24,000 bases of DNA from an uncultured Methanosarcinales archaeon (GCA_964344235.1 CAYFMJ010000001.1:371529-395528), one strand, 5' to 3'; positions 11,992-21,326 are shown, counted from the stretch's first letter. The notes: generated by a model from the sequence alone, not told the origin. Translations and numbers: made by a program.

Positions 11992-12303
11992 ATGGAGAAA
12001 CTGGCTTTCCCAAAACCGCAAATTCATGTATTTGTTTGTGTTAACGATAGGTCTCATAAGTTGGGTGGTGCGACGCCAAGTTGTGGACCAACTGTCACTG
12101 CAGAAATGGTGCGAGAGGTTAAGCAATGGGTGTTATCCCAAGGTCTGGTGGGAAAAGTGTACGTGACGAAAGCAAGCTGTTTAGGGTTTTGTAATCCAGA
12201 TGGAGGAGTGGCGGTGGTCTATCCTTCTGGTGATTTTTTTAAGGGTATTAGAAGTGTTGATGATTTGAAGAAGATAATTATGAAGGGTCTTAACAATTTC
12301 TAA
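11992..12303 (+). CDS. Thioredoxin-like [2Fe-2S] ferredoxin
   Basis: 103 aa. The Cys pattern is VFVCVN ... SCGP ... SCLGFC, with a following GGVAVVYP motif typical of the thioredoxin-like 2Fe-2S ferredoxin family. Confidence 0.75.
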   Translation: MEKLAFPKPQIHVFVCVNDRSHKLGGATPSCGPTVTAEMVREVKQWVLSQGLVGKVYVTKASCLGFCNPDGGVAVVYPSGDFFKGIRSVDDLKKIIMKGLNNF

Positions 12304-12748
12304 TGTTTTCGAGAATGAGGGATTTTTCGGTACAAATTTGTTCTGCATCAAAGAGAATAACTTTAGGTGTGATTTTGACTTGACGGATCGCTCCTGAGAC
12401 GGCAGCGTTGTAGTTTACTTGACCGAGATATGTTCCTGCTTTAGTCATTTTAGCATTATTTAATTCGAAAGTTTCTGCTTTATTTTGGCCAATGATGTTG
12501 ACAATAAGACCCTCTACAGGGATGTTAACGCCATTTTCTACCGTGAATTGAACTTTCTTTTGCGCGGTGTTGTAGCAGACTTGTTCTTGGTTTGAAATCT
12601 TTGCGAGTTTTAATCCAACGTCGATAGCACATTCCGCTTCTAATTCAACTTGTGCTCTCCCAAAATTCATAATTACCACTCCAAGCGCTACGGCGAATGA
12701 GATTAGGAGAAGTGTTGCAATAATGGGCGAGATCCCTCTTTTGTTCAT
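12290..12748 (-). CDS. Archaeal type IV pilin-like protein (class III signal peptide)
   Basis: The N-terminus MNKRGISPIIATLLLISFAVALGVVIM has a prepilin-peptidase-type K/R-G site followed by a hydrophobic helix. Its 3' end overlaps the ferredoxin gene by 14 nt. Confidence 0.8.
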   Translation of the reverse strand: MNKRGISPIIATLLLISFAVALGVVIMNFGRAQVELEAECAIDVGLKLAKISNQEQVCYNTAQKKVQFTVENGVNIPVEGLIVNIIGQNKAETFELNNAKMTKAGTYLGQVNYNAAVSGAIRQVKITPKVILFDAEQICTEKSLILENIRNC

Positions 12749-12872
12749 CTGGTTTTATGATAGTTTTAGGTATATAAATATTCGGGGGGTTTTGTTACAC
12801 TTTGATAGTGGTTACTTGCGGAAAGTTTTATAAATGGGTCTGAGAATTTAGGGGTGGAGAAAAAGGTGACCC

Positions 12873-13502
12873 ATGGATCTTTTAGAGCTTAAGAAAGAGC
12901 AACTACGGTTGGCTGAGAAGATTGTACTTGCAGATCGTGTTAATATTCGTGAGATTAAGACTGTAGGGGGAGCGGAGTGTGTTCACGTGGGAGATGATTT
13001 GGTTGCAGTTGTTGTAGTATGTGAGTTTCCTGCAATGAAATTGTTAGAGAAACAAACGTATCGGCTATCAAATCCGTTAGGGTTTAGAAATGGGTATCAA
13101 GCGTATCGAGAAATGCCAGCAATTATTGAAGCGTTTAACAAGTTGGAACAAGAGCCAGAGGTGTTATTGGTTAAGGGAACAGGGATAATCCATCCACGCC
13201 GTTTTGGTATTGCTTCTCACATTGGGTTAGCGTTGAATGTTCCTACGGTTGGAGTGGCGGCGAAGCTGAATTTAGGTAGCGTTGAAAATGGTAAAGTAAT
13301 TGTTGATTCTGAAGTTCGAGGATTTGAATTTCGGACGCGGGAACATGCTAACCCAATTTACATTTCTCCTGGGCATTTAGTGTCGTTGGGTAGCGTGTTG
13401 GGAATTATGTCGAAGTTGGTTATTCCTCCCCATAAAATGCCGGAACCGTTGCATATTGCACATAAGATTGGTAGGAAAATGAGTAAGAAGGTGAAAGGAT
13501 GA
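12873..13502 (+). CDS. nfi: Endonuclease V
   Basis: LLVKGTGIIHPRRFGIASHIGLALNVPTVGVAAK matches the conserved EndoV core (G.G..HPR..G.A.H.G......P.IGVAK). An SD aaggtga lies upstream. Confidence 0.9.
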   Translation: MDLLELKKEQLRLAEKIVLADRVNIREIKTVGGAECVHVGDDLVAVVVVCEFPAMKLLEKQTYRLSNPLGFRNGYQAYREMPAIIEAFNKLEQEPEVLLVKGTGIIHPRRFGIASHIGLALNVPTVGVAAKLNLGSVENGKVIVDSEVRGFEFRTREHANPIYISPGHLVSLGSVLGIMSKLVIPPHKMPEPLHIAHKIGRKMSKKVKG

Positions 13503-13702
13503 GTGAAAAACTGGAGAATCTTGCACGTATTGGCTCGGCAGTAGTGGGTTTGGGCATTGCGTATCTTGCCCATAATGGTTGTAATGCGGAATTTACTGAA
13601 GATTTTTCTCTAACTGTACGACAAACGTTAGAGTTTGGCTATATTGCAGCAGTGTATGGTGTTAGTTCCTGGTACGTTGGTGGTGATGAAAATGCAGGAT
13701 AG
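13499..13702 (+). CDS. Small hypothetical protein (67 aa)
   Basis: There is an ATGA start/stop overlap with nfi and an SD ggtga upstream. One hydrophobic segment is present. Confidence 0.45.
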   Translation: MSEKLENLARIGSAVVGLGIAYLAHNGCNAEFTEDFSLTVRQTLEFGYIAAVYGVSSWYVGGDENAG

Positions 13703-14237
13703 ATTCACTGCAGCAATTGATGTGCATTCTTCGTACAGGGAACATTTCGATAGGCTTTGGGAAGCAGGTGTTCAGTTAGACTATGAACTAGCTCTAGCTT
13801 ACGCTGCACCAGTGCTTCAAGATAGTATTCCTGTAGCGGTGTCAGAACTGGGAGAAATCCCTGAGCCGTATTTGACACGATTGTTCTCAGAGGGAACTCC
13901 TAATTTTTTTATTACGGGTGGTTTCTTTCTTGGGTGTTGCTTTAGAGCTACCGAAACGTTGGTAGCAGAGCAGGTTGCCAGAGGTTTGCCTTCCGTAACC
14001 TATACATTTATTGGTGATTTGTTGATTGACCCGAAAAGCACAGAAAATTGGAGTGGTCGTCTTCATAGGGTTGGGAGATCTCCAAGAACAACACATGCTC
14101 GCCTCTTAAGACAGTTAGGAGGACAGCCCCATGTTTCTTTTAATGGAGAGAAGGTATATGTTGATGAATCGGCGTCTGGACCAGTGATTGATCTACAGTA
14201 TTGGATAACTTTAGACAATTATGTTGAGGGAATATAG
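13686..14237 (+). CDS. Hypothetical protein (about 183 aa)
   Basis: The track ORF is 13635..14237. Internal ATG 13686 (MKMQDRF...) minimises overlap with the preceding ORF. No family is recognised. Confidence 0.6.
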   Translation: MKMQDRFTAAIDVHSSYREHFDRLWEAGVQLDYELALAYAAPVLQDSIPVAVSELGEIPEPYLTRLFSEGTPNFFITGGFFLGCCFRATETLVAEQVARGLPSVTYTFIGDLLIDPKSTENWSGRLHRVGRSPRTTHARLLRQLGGQPHVSFNGEKVYVDESASGPVIDLQYWITLDNYVEGI

Positions 14238-14240
14238 AAA

Positions 14241-14359
14241 AGCCCCGGGCGAGAGTTGAACTCGCGACCTCCTGATATCTTACCATGCTTGTGCTCTATT
14301 GAAAACATAGCAGATAGATGGCTACAAGTCAGGTGCTATAGCCACTAAGCCACCGGGGC
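14241..14359 (-). tRNA. tRNA-Thr(UGU) with a 46-nt intron at the canonical 37/38 position
   Basis: The reverse complement reads GCCCCGG TG GCTT AGTGGCTA TAGC A CCTGA CTTGTA[46 nt]A TCAGG AGGTC GCGAG TTCAACT CTCGC CCGGGGC T. The intron is plus-strand 14277-14322. No CCA is encoded. Confidence 0.85.
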
Positions 14360-14395
14360 AATATGTGGTACGGGGCAATGACTTCTTTATTAAGT

Positions 14396-15028
14396 TTATC
14401 CTTCTTTTAGGTGGGATGGCCAAGCCTGGGATGGATAGAAGTTCCGCGTTTCTTCGTATGGTAAGTAGCGCTTTAACTTAAACCATTGTTTGATGAAGTT
14501 GTTGAGAATGTAACATTCTTGATATAATGCTTTTTTCCGTGATTCAATTGTTTTGCGATAAATTCTTTTATTGAAGATGCCAATAACGTTTTTGAGAAGT
14601 GAATGTTCTTTAAACTGTTTAAAATATAATGGTTCAATGAACGCCCGGATATGCAATTCACATTCTCCTTTATGGGCTTTAACTTTCATACCATCTTTGA
14701 CAACCTCGGTCCCTTTAAGGCCAAGGCAGTGAAAGTCAAGATCTAAGTAATATTTTAACATCGGAGCATCAGGTGCTTGCTTTGCTAATCTCCAGCGAAT
14801 CCATAGCTCTTTTGCGCCACCCTGGTCGACTTTTTCGAAGTAATAACTCTCCCATTGTTCTTTATTTAGGTCACTCTCATCTGATTTCCAACCATGGTCC
14901 CACATCCACTCTTTAAGGGAGTCGTAAAAGGCTTTCATGTCAAAAATATCTTTATATTTCATCCGCATGGGGCTAAATTCTGGGAATACGAAGATGAATT
15001 TGTTTTTCTTTGGATCCTTTAACGGCAT
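14396..15028 (-). CDS. Hypothetical protein (210 aa)
   Basis: Clean ORF, Trp/Lys-rich. No family is recognised. Confidence 0.7.
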   Translation of the reverse strand: MPLKDPKKNKFIFVFPEFSPMRMKYKDIFDMKAFYDSLKEWMWDHGWKSDESDLNKEQWESYYFEKVDQGGAKELWIRWRLAKQAPDAPMLKYYLDLDFHCLGLKGTEVVKDGMKVKAHKGECELHIRAFIEPLYFKQFKEHSLLKNVIGIFNKRIYRKTIESRKKALYQECYILNNFIKQWFKLKRYLPYEETRNFYPSQAWPSHLKEG

Positions 15029-15070
15029 GTTTAGAGGAAGAAAGAGAGTTATATAAATGTTTTTGAGGGG

Positions 15071-15586
15071 TTAGAATTGAATTTTTTTCTTAAACCACAG
15101 GTAGAAGAGCCATGCTGTGCCTAGCCCCATGTCAACAATTGCTTCTCGTACTGTTGCAATGAGTTGTTCGCCAGACATCTTAGAGAATCCAAATAGAGAG
15201 GGATCAAGTTGCATTATGCCGTCTTGGAGTGAGAAGAATAATGTGGAAGGCCATAACAGGGTGGTTCCGGGATATGTTAAGATATCGAGAGCAACGTGGG
15301 TGAGGATGCCGGCGGAGATTGCTGTCGCAAATTGTTTTTTTTCGTTTGATTTGTAGAATATAAAGTAAACGAGTGTGAACATAATAATGGCGAAGAGAAT
15401 GCTGTGGCTGAATGTTCTATGCAAGTCTGTTTTGAAGACCCAATCAATAATAAGATCTGCATCGGGGAGAATACTTCCGAATAAAAGGAAGAACCACGTA
15501 TTGTGCGAGATGGTTTTTTTTGTGATTTTCTGGTAAATAGTACCAACAATCCAGGCAACAATGAGGTGTGTAAATGCAAAAGCCAT
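15071..15586 (-). CDS. Membrane-bound metal-dependent hydrolase, DUF457/YdjM family
   Basis: N-terminus MAFAFTHLIVAW, then LPDADLIIDW and HRTFSHS motifs and multiple TM helices. Confidence 0.8.
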   Translation of the reverse strand: MAFAFTHLIVAWIVGTIYQKITKKTISHNTWFFLLFGSILPDADLIIDWVFKTDLHRTFSHSILFAIIMFTLVYFIFYKSNEKKQFATAISAGILTHVALDILTYPGTTLLWPSTLFFSLQDGIMQLDPSLFGFSKMSGEQLIATVREAIVDMGLGTAWLFYLWFKKKIQF

Positions 15587-15593
15587 TTTATCT

Positions 15594-15708
15594 GAGTTAA
15601 GCCTTTTTCAGTGAGCAGGGCACGGCACGATTACGGTGACTTATTGAATCTTTTATTCTACGCCACCGTGTGCCTCCATTGGCGCTGCTCACTTACACGG
15701 CTTAACTC
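15594..15708. other. 115-nt long imperfect hairpin (candidate structured RNA or 5' UTR element)
   Basis: gagttaagcc 15594-15603 pairs perfectly with ggcttaactc 15699-15708. agtgagcag 15610-15618 pairs with ctgctcact 15685-15693. An inner GC-rich region has two mutually exclusive pairings. Confidence 0.45.
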
Positions 15709-15723
15709 TTATTTTTTTACTTA

Positions 15724-15736
15724 ATATTTATATAAG
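15724..15736. promoter_or_regulatory. Near-palindromic TATA element, possibly bidirectional
   Basis: atatttatataag is centred about 27 nt upstream of ATG 15757. Read on the minus strand it would start transcripts just outside the hairpin 15594-15708. Confidence 0.45.
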
Positions 15737-15756
15737 TACTGTTTTTTGGATCTAGC

Positions 15757-16950
15757 ATGTTAGTTGGAATTGTGGGAAAACCAAATGTTGGGAAATCAAC
15801 GTTCTTTAAGGCGTTGACTCTGGCAGAGGCGGAGATAGCAAACTATCCGTTCGCAACAATTAAACCAAATGAGGGTGTCGGTTATGTGCGTGTTAAATCT
15901 GCTGCGCAGGATTTTGGAAAAGAGCCGAACCCACGTGAAGGGTATTATTTGAACGGCTGGCGGTTTGTGCCTGTTAAGGTAATAGATGTTGCAGGGCTGG
16001 TTCCGGGAGCACATGAAGGAAAAGGTATGGGTAACCAATTTCTGGATGATTTACGACAAGCAGATGTGTTGATTCATGTGATTGATGTGTCTGGGGGAAC
16101 GAATGAAAAGGGAGAAACGGTTGAAGTAGGAAGTTATGATCCTGTGGAAGATGTACGTTTCTTAGAAGTGGAACTAGATATGTGGTATCTTGGCATTTTA
16201 CAGAAAGGTTGGGAGAAGTTTGCTCGAACAGTTGTGCAAGAAAAGAGAGAAATTCATGTTGCGCTTGCGAAACAAGTGTCGGGTTTAGGAGTTACAGAAG
16301 AGATGATTGAAGATGCTATTGGTGTTTTGAGTTTAGATAAAGATAAACCGCAGTTATGGGGGGCTAATGATTTAAAGAAGTTAGCAGTTGCGTTACGCCG
16401 TAAGACAAAGCCAATGATTATTGCGTGTAATAAAGTTGATGTCCCCGGAGCAGCAGAGAATTTAGAAAGGTTGCGCAAGGAATTTTCAGATTATATGTTT
16501 GTTGGCTGTTCTGCCGAATCAGAGTTAGCGTTGAAAGAAGCGGCTAAAGGAGAATTGGTTGAGTATGTCCCTGGTAGTGAAAAGTTTGAAGTGAAAGGAG
16601 ACTTGAATGAGAAGCAACAGGCAGCGTTACATTTTATTCAAGAGAATATTTTAGGCAAATTTAATTCTACTGGTGTGCAGACTGTTATAGATAAAGCAGT
16701 GTTCGAATTGCTAAAGTATATCGCGATTTTCCCAGGAGGAGCAAGCAAGTTAGAGGATAAAGATGGAAATGTCTTGCCGGATTGTTTTTTATTGCAAGAG
16801 GGAAGTACAGCGCTTGATTTTGCATATAAATTGCATACAGATTTAGGTAAGAATTTTATCCGAGCGATAGATGTGCGGACAAAGAGGACGGTTGGAAAAG
16901 ATCACCTATTGCAACATCGAGATGTAGTGGAGATTGTTGCAGGGAGATGA
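15757..16950 (+). CDS. Obg-like GTPase of the YchF/Ygr210 group with C-terminal TGS domain
   Basis: G1 [21 protein letters not shown]3 DVAGLV, G4 CNKVD, and a C-terminal TGS-like [12 protein letters not shown]. Confidence 0.9.
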   Translation: MLVGIVGKPNVGKSTFFKALTLAEAEIANYPFATIKPNEGVGYVRVKSAAQDFGKEPNPREGYYLNGWRFVPVKVIDVAGLVPGAHEGKGMGNQFLDDLRQADVLIHVIDVSGGTNEKGETVEVGSYDPVEDVRFLEVELDMWYLGILQKGWEKFARTVVQEKREIHVALAKQVSGLGVTEEMIEDAIGVLSLDKDKPQLWGANDLKKLAVALRRKTKPMIIACNKVDVPGAAENLERLRKEFSDYMFVGCSAESELALKEAAKGELVEYVPGSEKFEVKGDLNEKQQAALHFIQENILGKFNSTGVQTVIDKAVFELLKYIAIFPGGASKLEDKDGNVLPDCFLLQEGSTALDFAYKLHTDLGKNFIRAIDVRTKRTVGKDHLLQHRDVVEIVAGR

Positions 16951-17016
16951 TATTGTTTTCTATCTATGGTTTCTTCTACCTAAATAGTTAAATATGCTTT
17001 TTTCAATAATAGTTTT

Positions 17017-18303
17017 ATGGGGTGGCTCCAACGTATTTTTAGTGGATTGCGGTCTGATTCAGGGTCAGAGATGGTTGAAGTTCTGCCAGTAGCAGAGATT
17101 ATTAGCTGGCTACAGACCCAGCGACAGCATTGCATTACTCGTTTTGAGTTAGAGAGGCATGCTAGCGTTTATTTGAAAAAATTGGCTTCTCGACGGTGGT
17201 TTGTTGAGTGTAAGTTAGATGAATGGGAAAAGAATGTTGCTGGTTTTTCAGATCCTATCCGTGAAGAGGTTGCTGAAATGTTTAGAGTATTACGCTATGC
17301 CCTTGATCAAATTCCAGAACGACAAGAAAGTCCCGTATCAACAGTTATTATGTTTCATAGAGGGTTTGGGAAGTCTATTGAAGAACTTTTTAAGTTGCTT
17401 AAGAAAAGTGATTTTGAGCATTCTTTCACTCCAATCATGACAGAAGATGATAAACGGGAACAGCAAGGGACTCTCGTTAACCCGTTCTATAAAGAATTAT
17501 TAGAGTTAAATGACCGATGGTTGGTGTTTGAACAGCAAATTATTCGAAGTGGTTTAAAGAAGATGGATAGTATTGAGAAACGTGCTAGGGTTCTTATTGA
17601 TAAAGAAGGGCAGTTACGTGAACTTGCTGAGACCGTAATGGAACGGCAAGAGCGGTTACGTTTGTTGGGTCGTAAGAAGATAGAAAAAGAAACCGAATTA
17701 CAGGAGTTGCAGAAGGAGGAGGAGTACCAAGAATATGTTCAACACCAACGCATGAAAGAGAGTGTGCAAAGTCAAATGGTGCAGTTGGAACAAGAAATTG
17801 TTAACTTTTTCACACCAATCCTCCCTCTGTTTGCGAAGTTACCTCTTGGAGAAGAAACGCGTCGTTTCTTACAGAGATATAGCGATGATGTTGTGATGGC
17901 ATTTCGGGATGATGAGTTTTTGCAAATTACACATTGTATTGATCATGTGAAAGCTTTGCATGGTTCAGGAAAATTAGAAGAGATTTCGTTTGAGGCAACA
18001 GAATTATTAGAGAAAGATATTGCAGTCGTATTGAAAGATCTCCAGAGAAGACTCAATGTTTTGTCTCAAGAGAAAGGAAGAGTGAGGGTTTCCAGTGTAA
18101 AAAGTGATTTTGCACAGAAGGTGGAAGAAGTACAATATCGGGTTGATCATTTTACACGCCAGCATGATAGCTTGGAGGAAGCGTTTGGTGAAGTTGATGA
18201 AAAGAAGCAAGAGCTTGAAGATACGTATACCAATAAGGTTCTGGAATTCCAAAACCTGGTGAGTGTGGGGTTAGGCAAACAGATTCGGGTCACGTCTCGC
18301 TAA
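17017..18303 (+). CDS. Coiled-coil protein (428 aa), unknown function
   Basis: Long ORF with TATA-like agttaaatatg (16986-16996) about 26 nt upstream. It has extensive heptad-like E/K/Q/L composition. Confidence 0.7.
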   Translation: MGWLQRIFSGLRSDSGSEMVEVLPVAEIISWLQTQRQHCITRFELERHASVYLKKLASRRWFVECKLDEWEKNVAGFSDPIREEVAEMFRVLRYALDQIPERQESPVSTVIMFHRGFGKSIEELFKLLKKSDFEHSFTPIMTEDDKREQQGTLVNPFYKELLELNDRWLVFEQQIIRSGLKKMDSIEKRARVLIDKEGQLRELAETVMERQERLRLLGRKKIEKETELQELQKEEEYQEYVQHQRMKESVQSQMVQLEQEIVNFFTPILPLFAKLPLGEETRRFLQRYSDDVVMAFRDDEFLQITHCIDHVKALHGSGKLEEISFEATELLEKDIAVVLKDLQRRLNVLSQEKGRVRVSSVKSDFAQKVEEVQYRVDHFTRQHDSLEEAFGEVDEKKQELEDTYTNKVLEFQNLVSVGLGKQIRVTSR

Positions 18304-19491
18304 TTTCTTAAACCGTTTGTAGTTTTTTTCTAATGCAATTATTGCAGGTAATGGTTTGCCTGAAAGGAGAAGTAAACTTGCTCCCCCTCCTGTTGAAACG
18401 TGGCTTAATTTATGTTCTAAATGGAATTTTGTTACTGCGTCAGCAGTTTCTCCACCGCCGCAAATAGTTGTTGCAGTGAGTGTCGTGAGGAATCTCCCTA
18501 TCGTTTTTGTTGCAGTGGCAAATGGTGTCCATTCGTAATACCCAAGAGGACCGTTCCAAATAATTGTATGAGCTGTTCGTAGTTTTTGTTTGAAGAGTTT
18601 TATCGTTTCCGGCCCAAGGTCAAGGCCGATTTGTCGGTTTGTAAATTGGTTGGCTTTTGTAGTTGTTGTTTTTGCTCTTGCTGAGAATTTTTCTGTTGTT
18701 ATGAAATCAGGTGGTAAAATGATCTTTCTTGCATTTCTTTTTTTGAGAATCTTTCTTGCGATGCGAAATGATTGAACATCTGTTTTTGACATTCCTATTG
18801 GGAAACCTCTCGCTTTCATAAAAGCGAAGGCAAGCGCTCCTCCCACGAGGATATAATCTGCTTTTTTGAGTGCTTGATTGATGGGTGGGATTTTGTCAAG
18901 TTTTGCCCCTCCTAAAATCCAGATTGCAGGGCGTTTTGGTTGTAACGCTTTCTGAAGGTAATGTATCTCTTTTTCTAATGAAAGTCCTGGAAGTGATGGG
19001 ATGAATTTCGTGATAGCGTGCATTGATGCGTGTTTTCGATGTGAATTGGAGAACGCTTCGTTAATGTACACATCTGCTAAGTTGGCTAGGGCATGTGCAA
19101 ACACTGGGTTATTGCTGCGTTCTTCTTTGTAAAACCGTACGTTCTCTAAAAGGATGATTTGTTTCGGCTTTGCTTTCTCAATTATTGCTTTGACGTGTTT
19201 ACCAATACAATCGTTAGTGTAGGTGATTTTAGTTTGTGGGAAATGTTTCTTTAGTTCTTTCAGTAATTGTTTTGTTGAGAACTCTTTCGTGTGTTTACCT
19301 TTCGGCCTGCCTACATGTGTGAGAAGAATTATTTTACAATTTTGTTTTTGTAAGAATTTGATAGTGGGAATTGCAGAGAGAATACGCCAATTATTCATTA
19401 CTTTTCCACTCTTCAATGGGACGTCGAAGTTTACTCTTACTAAAACGGTTTTATTCTGTACTGGGAACGTTTTTAGAGAGAATAGTTTCAT
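18271..19491 (-). CDS. pgk: Phosphoglycerate kinase
   Basis: N-terminal VLVRVNFDVPL, mid GGAKLDKI, and C-terminal STGGGASL motifs. It is 406 aa. Its 3' end overlaps the convergent 17017..18303 ORF by 33 nt. Confidence 0.92.
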   Translation of the reverse strand: MKLFSLKTFPVQNKTVLVRVNFDVPLKSGKVMNNWRILSAIPTIKFLQKQNCKIILLTHVGRPKGKHTKEFSTKQLLKELKKHFPQTKITYTNDCIGKHVKAIIEKAKPKQIILLENVRFYKEERSNNPVFAHALANLADVYINEAFSNSHRKHASMHAITKFIPSLPGLSLEKEIHYLQKALQPKRPAIWILGGAKLDKIPPINQALKKADYILVGGALAFAFMKARGFPIGMSKTDVQSFRIARKILKKRNARKIILPPDFITTEKFSARAKTTTTKANQFTNRQIGLDLGPETIKLFKQKLRTAHTIIWNGPLGYYEWTPFATATKTIGRFLTTLTATTICGGGETADAVTKFHLEHKLSHVSTGGGASLLLLSGKPLPAIIALEKNYKRFKKLARRDPNLFA

Positions 19492-19522
19492 AGTTTGAAG
19501 AATTGTTTGGGGTATATAAAAT

Positions 19523-20740
19523 TTATTCCGTGTTAAGAAGCTTACTCATATCTTCTTTGACACGTTTTTGGAAGTCAGTGGTAGTTTCACCCTCTTTCTT
19601 TGTGGTGTTGATTGTGGTGAGGAGAGATTTGATAAGATGGAGTTCGGTTTCTTTGTTGAATACAGTGGTTTGTTGCAGGTGTTCTTTGATTGTTTCTTCT
19701 TCCACCGTTTCAGGGTTGGCAGCTTGACCCAGAGCAATTTCTTCGTATTCTGATGAATTCAATTTTGCCGTGTTTTTCATCACAAAATACGCGTTTTTTT
19801 GATATAATTGTGTGAAGATCTCTTTGAAGTTGATGTTAGTTGTGTTGCCTGATGAAAGAGTGCCGTGGAAGCGTAGAGTGACAATGGTATTCGTGAGGTC
19901 TTGGTTTTCGAAGTGTTGGAGAGTTTCGTAAGTGATAATGTCAGGGGTTTTGTTATCGCAGTTGATTTTTAGTGAAGCATGTTTGATGACTTCTAATGGT
20001 TTCCATTCTACTGTTTCGTTTGTTATTAGGTAGTAGCCACCTTTCCCGTATTGTTCTAATTCTTGGAAGTTGTTTGGGAATAATGCGCCAGGGTAGGTAA
20101 CGCAGGGATAGTTTGGCTGTTCTATTTTTGTTGGATGATGAATATGGCCGCCAGCGTAGTAGTTGAATTTTTTTGGGAGGAATGATAAAGGAGCAGAATC
20201 AATAATCGCTAAACTTTTAGGTAGCATTTCTGTGATTGAGGTATGGAACATAAAAATTTTGTAGCCTGGCTCGTTTTCTAGGGAGGGTCGGTGGAGGTTT
20301 TCGTAATAGGTTTGATCGAGTTGACCTTTTCTTCCTAAAATTCCTGTTATTTTTACTTGCGTTTTTGGATCTGTTGTGAATTTGAGATGGAGTTCTTTTG
20401 TTTCCTGGTTGATGTCTCCCTTGCAGACGTTTGTTAATAGACCCGCGTTTTCTAATACGCCAATCATTGTTTTTCCTGAAGGGGAGAAGTCGTGGGAACC
20501 TGCGATAACGTAGAGCGGAATGTTGTGATCTTTCAAATCTTTAATTTTTTTTGTTACTATTTTCAGTGTGTCTACTGCTGGAAGGGAAGTGTTGAAGAGA
20601 TCTCCTGCGAAAAGAATGAAGTCTACCTGTTGTAGGATACATTCATCGATTGCTTGTAGGAACGCTTTGGTGGAAAGAGCACGCATTTTTTCTTCTCGCC
20701 ATGCACCTAAATGGAGATCTGCTAAGTGAGCATATTTCAT
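19523..20740 (-). CDS. mre11: Mre11-like calcineurin-type metallophosphoesterase (DNA repair nuclease)
   Basis: Phosphoesterase motifs occur in order: HLADLHLG, FAGDLFN, AGSHD, GGHIHH. No rad50 is adjacent. Confidence 0.8.
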   Translation of the reverse strand: MKYAHLADLHLGAWREEKMRALSTKAFLQAIDECILQQVDFILFAGDLFNTSLPAVDTLKIVTKKIKDLKDHNIPLYVIAGSHDFSPSGKTMIGVLENAGLLTNVCKGDINQETKELHLKFTTDPKTQVKITGILGRKGQLDQTYYENLHRPSLENEPGYKIFMFHTSITEMLPKSLAIIDSAPLSFLPKKFNYYAGGHIHHPTKIEQPNYPCVTYPGALFPNNFQELEQYGKGGYYLITNETVEWKPLEVIKHASLKINCDNKTPDIITYETLQHFENQDLTNTIVTLRFHGTLSSGNTTNINFKEIFTQLYQKNAYFVMKNTAKLNSSEYEEIALGQAANPETVEEETIKEHLQQTTVFNKETELHLIKSLLTTINTTKKEGETTTDFQKRVKEDMSKLLNTE

Positions 20741-20819
20741 GCACTATTTTTTGGCTGAGAAGTTTATATGGATTGTTGTTGTGGAGAAGGTTTTTATACA
20801 ATCTTTCATTACTTGCTCT

Positions 20820-21326
20820 ATGGGAAAATTAGTAACTATTCCGAATGTTATAACTCTTGTTCGTGGGTTTCTTTTAATTCCCGTGTTATACTACTTGTTT
20901 CAGGGAGATGTAATGGTGGCATCGGTTCTTGTTGCAGTGAATGTGTTTATGGATTTTTTGGATGGCTATCTCGCTCGGACATTGAAACAAGAGTCAGAAT
21001 TGGGGAAGAAGTTAGATCCAATTGTTGATGGTATGTTCTCAATTACGCTTTTGCTGAGTGTTTTTGTTTTGGATTATATCTCGTTGATAATTGTTTTAGT
21101 TATCTTATTAGCAAAATTGGTTTCTTTTACTGCAGGAACAATGCATGTTCGTAAAGGAAAGCCAAAACTTCCTGTGCATCAATACTTTCATAGGCCCGTT
21201 GCTGGCTTGATTTTTTTTACGTTAATTGTAGCGTTGATTTATGGCGAAACAATTTATGTTCTTGTTAATGCAGTTCTGTATCTTTTAGTAAGTCTTGTGT
21301 ACCTATACTATGCTTGGAAACTATAA
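20820..21326 (+). CDS. CDP-alcohol phosphatidyltransferase
   Basis: DFLDGYLAR...ELGKKLDPIVD matches D-x2-D-G-x2-A-R...G-x3-D-x3-D. I chose the start at ATG 20820 (MGKLVTIPNVITL) with TATA tttttataca (20791-20800) about 24 nt upstream. Confidence 0.85.
   Translation: MGKLVTIPNVITLVRGFLLIPVLYYLFQGDVMVASVLVAVNVFMDFLDGYLARTLKQESELGKKLDPIVDGMFSITLLLSVFVLDYISLIIVLVILLAKLVSFTAGTMHVRKGKPKLPVHQYFHRPVAGLIFFTLIVALIYGETIYVLVNAVLYLLVSLVYLYYAWKL

Noticed and set aside
11941-12126. N-terminal 62 codons of track ORF 11155..12126(-)
   Set aside because: The extension overlaps the ferredoxin gene and its TATA box and has no NFACT-like sequence. The internal ATG at 11940 gives a sensible gene boundary.
12761-12800. 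A further cassette boundary at the pilin/nfi intergenic region (tagttttag, GGGGGG and gttacac words shared with 5951-5984)
   Set aside because: The words occur in a different order, no linker module or partner inverted arm is nearby, and the region is adequately explained as a divergent promoter (tatataaata). It is kept only as a note under the motif finding.
15594-15708. 5S rRNA, tRNA, C/D-box or H/ACA sRNA identity for the long hairpin
   Set aside because: The size is 5S-like, but none of the conserved 5S loop motifs are present. There is also no cloverleaf, no RUGAUGA/CUGA box pair, and no ACA box at the right distance. It is left as an unclassified structured element.
18271-18303. The 33-nt convergent overlap of pgk with the coiled-coil ORF as a sign of a frameshift
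   Set aside because: Several convergent gene pairs in this window overlap (12290-12303, 21816-21824), consistent with a compact genome. The pgk core motifs are intact, and only a short basic tail extends into the overlap.
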